Source: Methanobacteriota archaeon (lineage in GTDB: Archaea; Thermoplasmatota; Thermoplasmata; RBG-16-68-12). From it: a stretch of 64,000 nt of DNA. A model generated the notes under the pieces. The model saw nothing but the letters and a program-made list of their open reading frames with translations, had not been told where the DNA came from and searched no databases. How positions within the stretch are numbered: the stretch's first letter is position 1; every line of letters begins with the position of its first letter. The stretch spans positions 506 through 64,505 of the forward strand of contig VBLS01000110.1 of the NCBI GenBank assembly GCA_005878635.1, given 5' to 3'. Positions 8,667-16,972 of this stretch are shown one piece after another. The position numbers and the translations under genes are program-made.

Positions 8667-10148
8667 ATGCGTGATCAACCGGAACAGCGGAATCGCCCGC
8701 CTGCGACGGGCCGTCCCCCGGATTCGGAGGGTGCGTCCCATCCGGGGAGTGACGAACGGTTCGACGCCGGGAGGCCGGATGGGTTCCCTTTCGATCCCGA
8801 CTTTCCGCAGCTCCCGATCGCGGCGAACCCCGACCTGATGCTCGAGGTCTTCCGAGCCGAGCTGAAGCCGGTCGCGCACCAGAAGTACGAAATCGAAGCG
8901 TGCAAGCCATTCCGCTTCCGGTGCCGGCAGTCGAAGTCTCGTCATGTGTTACAATACACCCTCCGCGTCGCGGATCCCTTGACGGGTCGCCGATGGGATC
9001 AGCCGGTGACCGGCGTACTGTATGCCGACGAAAGCAAGGCGGAGCGGCGGTGGCAGGAGATGCATGCCAAGGATCCACGCGGCGGGATTCCTTCCGAGTG
9101 GCTCACGTTCGAACCGGTCAGCATCGTTCCTGGCCTCCGAATGCTCGTCCAGATCTTTCCCTACGATCGGAGACTTCGGACCCTCGGGCCGGTGATGGGA
9201 GCGGCTGGGCGCGACGTTGATCCCCTACTCCTGACCCGCCTCGGTCCCGGCGAATGGGAAGTGGAGGATCGGACAATCGAAACCGCGAGGTACCGAACCG
9301 AGCGCGGGGCCGTTCTCCGCTACACCATACGAGCGCGTGAAATCCAGTCGGCTCGGCGCGAGACCCTGACCTGCTACTTGAAAGTCTATCGAAACGAGCG
9401 CGGCGCGGACACTTGGCGATTCCTGCAATTGATGTCCGCCAAGGTCGAAGGGAGCCCACAACCCTACGACGTGATTCGGCCGATTGCCTATCTAATGGAG
9501 CACCGCACGCTCGTGGCCGAAGAGGCACCTGGCACTTCGCTGACCCAACTGCTGCTTCGAGCGGGAGATCCGGCCGAAGCGGTACGTCCCGTCGCCCGGG
9601 CTCTAGCGGCTTTCCACCAAGACGATGTCCCGGCCACGCGGCAAGAATCGCTCGCCGACGCGTTGAAAACCATTCGAAAGGCGTCAACTCTCGTTGAGTG
9701 GATATGTCCCGGAGCACGGGATGCGATCCAAGCGATCACGGCTGAAGTGAGGGCTGGCTTGCGAGAGGCGCCGCCAACGCCGATTCACGGAGACCTCAAG
9801 CCGGATCATCTCTTCGTGTCCGGCCCGCAGGTGGTCTTCATCGATCTCGACTCGGTCGCGTTCGGCGACCCCGTTCGAGACGTGGCATCCTTTTTCGCTC
9901 ACCTGGCGAGCAGGGCCGGGATGCGTTCGATGCCGGCGGGTCGGGCTCGTGCAGCGGCGGCCGCCTTCGTCGAAGAATACTTCCGCCATGCGCCGAGTAC
10001 GTGGCGCGAGCGTCTGCCCCTGCATACCGCAGGCGCGTTTCTTGAGGTGGCGGCTGGCATCTTCCGGGCTCAAGAGCCGGGCTGGCGGGAGACGGCCGCT
10101 TGGATCATCGAGGCGGCACAACGCGCGTGCCGGGGGGTCCCTGATTGA
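8667..10148 (+). CDS. APH/ePK-fold phosphotransferase, paralog 2, with an N-terminal extension of about 170 aa
   Basis: Catalytic loop IHGDLKPDHLF, which resembles the eukaryotic protein kinase HRDLKPEN loop, and VFIDLDSVAFGD (DFG-like). The N-terminal extension is Pro/Arg-rich and has no recognisable motif. Confidence 0.65.
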   Translation: MRDQPEQRNRPPATGRPPDSEGASHPGSDERFDAGRPDGFPFDPDFPQLPIAANPDLMLEVFRAELKPVAHQKYEIEACKPFRFRCRQSKSRHVLQYTLRVADPLTGRRWDQPVTGVLYADESKAERRWQEMHAKDPRGGIPSEWLTFEPVSIVPGLRMLVQIFPYDRRLRTLGPVMGAAGRDVDPLLLTRLGPGEWEVEDRTIETARYRTERGAVLRYTIRAREIQSARRETLTCYLKVYRNERGADTWRFLQLMSAKVEGSPQPYDVIRPIAYLMEHRTLVAEEAPGTSLTQLLLRAGDPAEAVRPVARALAAFHQDDVPATRQESLADALKTIRKASTLVEWICPGARDAIQAITAEVRAGLREAPPTPIHGDLKPDHLFVSGPQVVFIDLDSVAFGDPVRDVASFFAHLASRAGMRSMPAGRARAAAAAFVEEYFRHAPSTWRERLPLHTAGAFLEVAAGIFRAQEPGWRETAAWIIEAAQRACRGVPD

Positions 10149-12541
10149 CCGGATCAGACGAGGGACCAGAGGACCAGGAAGGCCGGTCGCCGAGGAGGGG
10201 TAGTAATGGACATGAGGAGAATCGGCCCGCGGCCGAGCGAAGGTACTCGGAACTTCTCGACCAGATTCGAGTCACGGACGAGCGGTATGCGGAGCTCCTG
10301 GACGAGCTGAGGTCCCTCGGCGAGCGGCGGGCGTTACCTGAAGAAGGCGAGACTCGGTCGTCCAGCGTGTCCCCAATGTCGATTTCCGAATCAGGTCGCG
10401 CTCGTCTCCGGGACATCCCCATGACCCGTCGTCGCTGGATCGCCAGGCTGGTCGCGGTGATCCTCACCGGCCTCTCTACGGCTGCCTGGCTACTGGGTTA
10501 TCTCGGGTCTGCCTACAACATCCAGGTAGCGTTGTTCGCCCTCCCCCGGGAATTCGGTCGCTCATTCCTCTCCGATTTCCAGCTCTTGCTCTTGCAGATC
10601 ACCGCTCCCATTTTCGCTTGGGGAATCTGGGGCGTCATTACCGCTCGAGAATGGCGGCGATGGAGTCGGGCGCACAAGGTCGGCTCCCCGAGCCCCCCCG
10701 GGTCCGAAATTGCTCCCTCGCAGGTCCCTGGGACCAGCTCATCCCCGGTTCGGGGCGATTCAGAACCGGTTCGAAAGCAAACCCTCCGGCGGCTCTTGTC
10801 CTATTTGAGGCCCCACTGGCCGTATGCGGCCGGGGTTATGGCGGGACTCGTCATCGCCGCCCTGATGGACCTGACGCAAGTGTGGATCCTCGCGTTTCTC
10901 TTCATCGGGCAAGTTGTTCGGCTGGGGCACGTGGAGCTCCTTCCAAATGTCCTCCTCCTGCTCGGCACGACCTTTGCCGCCAAAGAGGTCGCCTCGTTTG
11001 TCAAGGACTATCTGTCGGAGATCCTGGCTCAGAAGACCGTGCATCGACTCCGATCCGATCTATACGAGAACATCGAGCGAATGCCCATGAGCTTCCTCGA
11101 TATGTCGCGGTCCGGTGAACTCGTCTCCCGGGTCGTCAGCGACACGAACGAAGTGGAAAGGGTCCTGACCGACAACGTCGCGGATTTCCTCACGAATGCG
11201 GTCATGGTCGCGGGCGCCCTCGGCCTACTGTTCTTCGTGAACGCGAGACTCGCTTTATTGGTCACGCCCCCCGCCCTCGTCATGGTCATCGTCGTGAACC
11301 GATTCAAAAAGTCCATCAAACAGACCTCGAGAAAAATCCGCGAAGCAGTCGCCGAACTCACCGCGAAGGCCTTCGAGGTCGTCTCCGGCCTCCGTATCGT
11401 GAAGAGTTTCAGGATGGAGCACCACGAGGCGAACGCGTTTCGCGATCGGTCCTGGGCGATCGCTCGGGCCAAGGTCCGCCTGGCTCGGCTTTCCGGAGCC
11501 TATTCCTCGACCGTGGATTTCCTCACCTTGTGCTCCCTCGCGGTGTTCGTCTGGTTCTCGGCGCCGGCGGTGATCAGCGGCGACCTGACAGTCGCAGTAG
11601 CGGTCGCCTTCCTCGGGTACATGGACAAGGTGTTCAAGCCCCTCGTCGTCCTGAGCAAGGTCAATTTCACGGTCCAAAAGGCCGTGGCGGCGGCCGATCG
11701 CATCTTCGAATTCATGGATGCGAAGGTGGAAGTCCTGGACGCCCCCGACAGTCTCTTCCCGCAAACGATCGAGGGACGCATCCAGTTCGACCGGGTGACT
11801 TTCGGGTATCGGCCGAACCGATACGTGCTGGAAGACTTCTCGTTGACGATCGAGCCCGGGGAGACGGTTGCGGTCGTCGGATCGAGTGGTGTGGGCAAAT
11901 CCACGATCGTCAACCTGCTCCTTCGGTTCTACGAGCCGATCGCGGGCGGGATTTCGATCGACGGATATCCCCTCGATCGGTTGAGCCTGAGTTGCCTACG
12001 GAACAAAATCGGCCTTGTCATGCAGGAGCCGGTCCTCTTCTCGGGATCGATTCGGGAGAACATCATGTACGGCGACGTTGAAGCCTCGGAGGAGAACGTC
12101 GTACGAGCAGCACAGTCAGCGAACGCCCACGATTTCATCGTGGGCCTGCCGAAGGGATATGACACGCAGATTGGCGAGCGCGGGGTCACCCTGTCCGTCG
12201 GCCAGAGGCAACGGATCGCGATTGCTCGCGCCCTCCTGAAGAACCCGAGCATCCTCATCCTTGATGAGGCGACTTCGAACATCGACTCCGAATCGGAATC
12301 GCTCATCCAAGACGCGTTGCGCAAGCTTGCACAGCGCAGGACGATGATTATCATCGGGCACCGGCTTTCGTCGATCATGGACGCGGACCGAATCGTGGTG
12401 CTCGAAGACGGAGGCATCGCCGAGGTCGGGACCCACGAAGACCTCCTTGGGAGAGGAGGGGTCTACGCGCGGCTGTACGAAGCCCAGATCGATCGGGTAG
12501 CTCCGGAGGAGGCGCCCCACAACCAACTCGACGCCGTGTGA
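10145..12541 (+). CDS. ABC exporter, fused permease-ATPase (MsbA/ABCB-like), with an N-terminal extension carrying two extra TM helices
   Basis: C-terminal NBD with Walker A GSSGVGKST, signature LSVGQRQR, Walker B ILILDEAT and an H-loop. The canonical 6-TM ABC_membrane core begins near LRRLLSYLRPHWPY. About 200 aa precede it: an acidic coiled-coil-like segment, two predicted TM helices and a Ser/Pro linker. The start is uncertain. TTG at 10145 overlaps the upstream stop, and there are internal ATGs. Confidence 0.85.
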   Translation: MTGSDEGPEDQEGRSPRRGSNGHEENRPAAERRYSELLDQIRVTDERYAELLDELRSLGERRALPEEGETRSSSVSPMSISESGRARLRDIPMTRRRWIARLVAVILTGLSTAAWLLGYLGSAYNIQVALFALPREFGRSFLSDFQLLLLQITAPIFAWGIWGVITAREWRRWSRAHKVGSPSPPGSEIAPSQVPGTSSSPVRGDSEPVRKQTLRRLLSYLRPHWPYAAGVMAGLVIAALMDLTQVWILAFLFIGQVVRLGHVELLPNVLLLLGTTFAAKEVASFVKDYLSEILAQKTVHRLRSDLYENIERMPMSFLDMSRSGELVSRVVSDTNEVERVLTDNVADFLTNAVMVAGALGLLFFVNARLALLVTPPALVMVIVVNRFKKSIKQTSRKIREAVAELTAKAFEVVSGLRIVKSFRMEHHEANAFRDRSWAIARAKVRLARLSGAYSSTVDFLTLCSLAVFVWFSAPAVISGDLTVAVAVAFLGYMDKVFKPLVVLSKVNFTVQKAVAAADRIFEFMDAKVEVLDAPDSLFPQTIEGRIQFDRVTFGYRPNRYVLEDFSLTIEPGETVAVVGSSGVGKSTIVNLLLRFYEPIAGGISIDGYPLDRLSLSCLRNKIGLVMQEPVLFSGSIRENIMYGDVEASEENVVRAAQSANAHDFIVGLPKGYDTQIGERGVTLSVGQRQRIAIARALLKNPSILILDEATSNIDSESESLIQDALRKLAQRRTMIIIGHRLSSIMDADRIVVLEDGGIAEVGTHEDLLGRGGVYARLYEAQIDRVAPEEAPHNQLDAV

Positions 12542-12739
12542 CACCCACCAATCCGTTGTCATGCCACGCCGGAGGCTCACGCCTCGAAGACAGACCGAAT
12601 AGTCACATGGGCCAAATTCGACAAGCGTCAAAACACCTGTGTGGTACAACTGGCCCAATATGTGTTACACTCGGGGCCAGATTGGCCGCAGTTGGGGGCG
12701 AGGCTTTGATATGACCGATCTCCTACGACCCCGGAGCGC

Positions 12740-14392
12740 ATGAAGGGGATGGCCGCGACGAACCAGGGACGCCGCATGGGACCGTTCCATTTTCGCGGGA
12801 AGACGAAGGCTTTGATTCGGACGACCCGGAAGTTTCGAGGGGTCGGCATCCCCACCGACCACGTGTGGAAGGCCCCCGTGCAACATCGACATCCCGCGGA
12901 GCTTGGGCCGTGGACCGTCCGCGTGAAGTCCGATTCCGACAGGGAGTTGTTGGAGGAGCTGAGGAAGTCGTTGAATTGGATGAAGGCCCTCGAACGCCCG
13001 AAAACGGATCGGATTCCGAGGCAGGTGTCGGCCGAAGAGGGCGCCAAGGAACCGCGACGGATCCCAAGCAAGCGGCGCGAGGCGGCCATCCTCCGTCGGA
13101 GGGCCGTCGCCGTCCTCGCCCTCGCACTCGTCATCGCCATGGCCGCGGGTTGGGCTTTGTTCCAGAAAGGAGCGGTCGTAAAGAGCCCTTTCGATTTCTC
13201 CCAGCCGCGCTGGAAAGACGAGTCCGCTACGCACTTCACGTTTGCGGCCGCGGGAGACTTTGGAGGACCGGACAACAACGATTCCGTCGGCGTCCTAGGA
13301 CGTGCTCGAACGGCTGGCATGTCGTTCTTCCTCGCCCTCGGCGATCTGGGGTACACGACGGATGCGTCGGGTTGGTGCACGCAAATGAAACGGGTCCTGC
13401 CGGAGATCGTCATCGTCGCCGGGGATGACGGGAGCAACGTGGGCGGCAACATGTCGGGGTACGTTGGGAGCTGTCCGTACCCGCTCTCCTCCCCGATGGT
13501 CTTGGGCAACGGGACTCCCGGCTACGGGTACGAGTATTACTTCGACTACCCTCGGGACAGGCCCCTCGCGCGATTCATCCTGCTCTCGGCCGGGCTCAAG
13601 GGTGTCAATTACAACTACGGCAAGAACTCACCGCATACGGAGTGGGTCGAGGACGCCGTCGCGAATGCCCGAGATGCGGGCATCCCTTGGGTCATCGCGG
13701 GGGTCCACAAGGAGTGTATCACCGTGGCCAACGATGGCCACTGTCCTATGGGCCAGTACCTCTTCGACGAACTTCTGGAAGCCCACGTGGACTTGATATT
13801 GGTTGGTCACGACCATGTGTACGAGCGGAGCAAGCAGCTCAGGGTCTCGTCGAGCTGCGAGTCCGTCAACTCGACGAACCGGTTTGATCCTTCCTGCGTC
13901 GCAGCGAATGGAACCCGAGGCGCCTACGCGAAAGGCAAAGGCACTGTCGTCGTTGTGCAAGGCGTCGGAGGGCGAAGCTTCGACAACGTGTCGATTGACG
14001 GAGGTGACCGGGAGCTGGGTTACTTCGACGCGGTCATGGGCGCCAATGCGAATACCCAAGGGCGGCTGTCCGGCTTCGGGTCCGTGTTCTACGAAGTGGA
14101 GGCTGATTCGATCGCAGCGAAAACCGATTTCTGTCCGCCCGAGTCGACTGCGACCGAAGGGCGTTGCACGTCGAATCCCGGCTCGGTGTTTGCGGACCAC
14201 TTTGCGATCTATGCTTCCGCCGGTTTACAGTCTTCGTCGGATGTGCGGGCGTCGTACCTCGAGCGTGGTGTCTCTCCGGTATCGGGCGCCTCGTCCGTCC
14301 TTCCAGAGCCGGAACAAAATGGATTCGAACAACGGGCCATCGTCCTGCCGAGAGGTCACATCCTGTATCTTCACGTCGCGAGGGGACCTTAG
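12740..14392 (+). CDS. Membrane-anchored metallophosphoesterase (purple acid phosphatase / calcineurin-like), predicted extracellular catalytic domain
   Basis: A basic cytoplasmic N-terminus is followed by a single TM segment (AVAVLALALVIAMAAGWALF) and then metallophosphatase motifs GDFGG, GDLGY and LVGHDHVYER. The ectodomain carries many N-x-S/T sequons. A TATA-like TTTGATATG box lies about 30 nt upstream. Confidence 0.7.
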   Translation: MKGMAATNQGRRMGPFHFRGKTKALIRTTRKFRGVGIPTDHVWKAPVQHRHPAELGPWTVRVKSDSDRELLEELRKSLNWMKALERPKTDRIPRQVSAEEGAKEPRRIPSKRREAAILRRRAVAVLALALVIAMAAGWALFQKGAVVKSPFDFSQPRWKDESATHFTFAAAGDFGGPDNNDSVGVLGRARTAGMSFFLALGDLGYTTDASGWCTQMKRVLPEIVIVAGDDGSNVGGNMSGYVGSCPYPLSSPMVLGNGTPGYGYEYYFDYPRDRPLARFILLSAGLKGVNYNYGKNSPHTEWVEDAVANARDAGIPWVIAGVHKECITVANDGHCPMGQYLFDELLEAHVDLILVGHDHVYERSKQLRVSSSCESVNSTNRFDPSCVAANGTRGAYAKGKGTVVVVQGVGGRSFDNVSIDGGDRELGYFDAVMGANANTQGRLSGFGSVFYEVEADSIAAKTDFCPPESTATEGRCTSNPGSVFADHFAIYASAGLQSSSDVRASYLERGVSPVSGASSVLPEPEQNGFEQRAIVLPRGHILYLHVARGP

Positions 14393-14506
14393 CCGGGTTC
14401 GATACATGGGGCATCGGCTCTAGAGGAGCGGGGTAGCAGCATCCTAGTGGCCCAGGCTGTCGCGGGTGGAAAGGGTTTTCGTCTTCCGTGCCGATATCCC
14501 GAAACA

Positions 14507-14791
14507 ATGGATCTCCGCACCCTCGTCGACCGGGACATTGCCCTGACAGAACGCGCCCTCGGGAAAGCCAAGATTGCGGTGCCGGAACGGTCTCACCTCC
14601 GGAAGTGCGCGGACGACTTCGTGACGATGGCCCGGGCGTATTGCGCGGACGCGAAGCACTTCCGGGACGCGGGGGAGCTGGACAAGGCCCTCGCGAACAT
14701 CAACTACGCCCACGGTTGGCTCGATGCCGGGGCGCGACTCGGCCTCTTCGACGTTGGCGGCGACGACCAGCTCTTCACACTGAGCGAGTGA
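14507..14791 (+). CDS. Small conserved archaeal protein (DUF357-like)
   Basis: 94-aa ORF with an ATG at 14507. The helical sequence is reminiscent of the archaeal DUF357/COG1849 family. It is convergent with the pantoate kinase gene, with no spacer. Confidence 0.4.
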   Translation: MDLRTLVDRDIALTERALGKAKIAVPERSHLRKCADDFVTMARAYCADAKHFRDAGELDKALANINYAHGWLDAGARLGLFDVGGDDQLFTLSE

Positions 14792-15664
14792 TCAAAGGAC
14801 CCGCGCACCTACGTTGTCGACCTCGCATCGCTGCAGGGTGCCGAACTTGCGGTAGAGGGTCGCGAGCTGCTCCGTGTTCCCGGTGGCGAAGACCGAGTTG
14901 CCGAGCATGGCCATCGTGGCCCGCCCGAACATCCGGGAAGCGTGAAGGACCTCGAGGACCGTCCGGTTCGCAAGGCCTGTTTCCTGAGCAAATCGAATGC
15001 CCAGATCGAATAGTCTCTCGAGGGTCGGCCCTTGTGCGAATTCATCGACGAAGCTCCCACCCACGCGATTGATGGCGGCGATTTTCCCCGGATCTCGCAG
15101 GACTCCCCGCGTCGGCATTTCTGGACCGAGCACCGCAAGGAGAAGATCAGCCTTCATCGGAAAGGTCCGGACTTCTCCGTGGCCCGGCGCTCCCGGTTTC
15201 CAGCGAAGATCCATTCCTCCAATCGAAGCCGGGACGACGTCCCCGAGACCCGTGCCACACTCGACCTCGGTCTCGTGCGCGAGGGCGACGAGTTCCTGGC
15301 GGGACACTCCCGAGCCGAGGGCGTCGTTCATCGCGAGCGCCGTGCTGAGGGCCGCCGCCGCGCTGACTCCGAACCCCTGGGACACGGGCAGCGGCGTCTC
15401 GCTCAAGATCTTGATTTCCATGGGGCGAGGGCCGACCATTTTTTCGACGACGCGCCGGGTGACCTCGGCCGGCCGACGTCGCTCGTTCACGAGGATGTCA
15501 ATCGCCGGCCGCGAGGCGTCTCGTGCCTTCGCAACTGTCTGGACGCCAAGGCTCAATGAGAGGCCGGCGCCACGAGAACCCTTCGCTCGTGGGTTCGGAT
15601 TCTCAACGACCTCGAAGAAGGCCGTGACATGTCCGGGGCAAAAGGCCTCACCCTCGGACACCAT
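14792..15664 (-). CDS. Pantoate kinase (GHMP-kinase family, archaeal CoA pathway)
   Basis: N-terminal CPGHVTAFF and the GHMP motif PVSQGFGVSAAAALSTALA. It sits downstream of coaBC on the same strand. Confidence 0.7.
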   Translation of the reverse strand: MVSEGEAFCPGHVTAFFEVVENPNPRAKGSRGAGLSLSLGVQTVAKARDASRPAIDILVNERRRPAEVTRRVVEKMVGPRPMEIKILSETPLPVSQGFGVSAAAALSTALAMNDALGSGVSRQELVALAHETEVECGTGLGDVVPASIGGMDLRWKPGAPGHGEVRTFPMKADLLLAVLGPEMPTRGVLRDPGKIAAINRVGGSFVDEFAQGPTLERLFDLGIRFAQETGLANRTVLEVLHASRMFGRATMAMLGNSVFATGNTEQLATLYRKFGTLQRCEVDNVGARVL

Positions 15665-16853
15665 GCAGGATTGCCCGCCAAATCCGCTCCGCCGCGAGCG
15701 CTTTCGATCCTTCGAACGACTCGGAGTGACCTTTTCGGTCGAAGATCGTGATCGACGTCGTGTCTCCCTTGACCTGCGACACGTCGTTCGCCACGACGAA
15801 ATCCAGCTCCGCTTCCTTCGCGAGGACCATCGCCTTCGTCTTCAACTCCGCCTCGCTGATCCCGGCCTCCGCTTTGAACCCGACGAGAGCCTTTCGCGTC
15901 CCTTTCCGGAATTGCGCCAGGAGTTTCGGGGTCGGTTCCAACTCGAGGGTCAGCCCGCCTTTCCGACTCGGGATTTTTCCTTTCTGTTTTTTCGTCGGCG
16001 TGAAATCCGAAACGGCAGCGGGCACGAGACAGATTTCCGCGTCGGCCTTGTCTGCCATAGTCGCGAGGCTCTCGGTCGTATCGAACGACTTGGAGGGCAA
16101 CCACGTCGGAACCGTCGTCTCATGGCGGCCGAGCCATAGCTCCACGTCGGCGCCATGCTCGAAGGCGGCCTTCGCGAGTTCGATTCCGGTCCCCCCGGTC
16201 GATCGGTTCGTCACCACACGGACGTCGTCGATCGGCTCGACGGTCGCTCCGGCGACGACGAGGACACGCATGTCTTGAAGGTCCCTCGGCCCGAGACGTC
16301 GGAGGACCCTCGCGACGATCGTCTCCACGTCCGCCATCTTCGCCTTGTCCTCCTCCCGCTTCGCCTCGACCAATTCCACGCCCAGTTCTCGCAGCCGACG
16401 GATGTTCGCCGCGGCCGCGGGATTGTCCATCATAGACTCGTGGGCCGCGGGAGCGAGGAGAATCGGGATGCCAGAACCGAGGGCGTTGGCCGCATAGGTC
16501 GTCACGGTCGTGTCGTCGATCCCTTGGGCGATTTTCCCCATCGTATTCGCCGTGCACGGCGCGATTAGGAGGAGGTTCGCCTTCCCGTCCCGCCCGCACA
16601 TCGTCAGGTACTCCATCGAACCGGTGATGGCCGTGACCACGGGATTGCCGGTCGCGAACTGCAGGGCGTTGGGATGAACGATTTCGGTTGCGGATCGAGT
16701 GAGGACGGCGTGGACCTCGGCACCGTGGCGAATCAACTCGTGCGCGAGCTTCACCGTCTCGACGGCCGCAATGCTGCCCGTGATTGCCAGGACGATCGTT
16801 TTGCCCTGGAGCTTCATGCTCTTCCGTCCACGGAGACGGTCGGCGGGATGCAT
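15648..16853 (-). CDS. coaBC: Bifunctional phosphopantothenoylcysteine decarboxylase / phosphopantothenate-cysteine ligase
   Basis: N-terminal flavoprotein domain (KTIVLAITGSIAA, PCTANTMGKIA) and a C-terminal DFP/CoaB domain (VTNRSTGGTG, AAVSDF). Confidence 0.85.
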   Translation of the reverse strand: MHPADRLRGRKSMKLQGKTIVLAITGSIAAVETVKLAHELIRHGAEVHAVLTRSATEIVHPNALQFATGNPVVTAITGSMEYLTMCGRDGKANLLLIAPCTANTMGKIAQGIDDTTVTTYAANALGSGIPILLAPAAHESMMDNPAAAANIRRLRELGVELVEAKREEDKAKMADVETIVARVLRRLGPRDLQDMRVLVVAGATVEPIDDVRVVTNRSTGGTGIELAKAAFEHGADVELWLGRHETTVPTWLPSKSFDTTESLATMADKADAEICLVPAAVSDFTPTKKQKGKIPSRKGGLTLELEPTPKLLAQFRKGTRKALVGFKAEAGISEAELKTKAMVLAKEAELDFVVANDVSQVKGDTTSITIFDRKGHSESFEGSKALAAERIWRAILHGVRG

Positions 16854-16867
16854 TCTCTCAACGATTT

Positions 16868-16892
16868 CTCATGCGCGATATATAGCTATGGG
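16868..16892 (-). promoter_or_regulatory. Archaeal TATA box (CTATATATC on the minus strand) about 25 nt upstream of the coaBC start codon, implying a leaderless transcript
   Basis: GATATATAG lies at 16877-16885. The coaBC ATG is at 16851-16853 on the minus strand. The spacing is typical for archaeal leaderless promoters. Confidence 0.35.
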
Positions 16893-16972
16893 CTTCGTTC
16901 GAACGAAGGGGGCGAACGGTTGGTCTCCGGGGAACCTTTAATCCGCCCGTTCCGTTAGCCCCCGCCGCTCCG

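Noticed and set aside
16120-16599. Various ORFs of 130-400 aa antisense to coaBC, folC, the kinases, DP2 and the GT-C gene (for example 16120..16599, 17131..18237, 7303..8343, 59687..61084, 62661..63914, 62919..63986).
   Set aside because: All lie opposite or out of frame to genes with strong family motifs. All have Arg/Gly/Pro/Asp-biased low-complexity composition.
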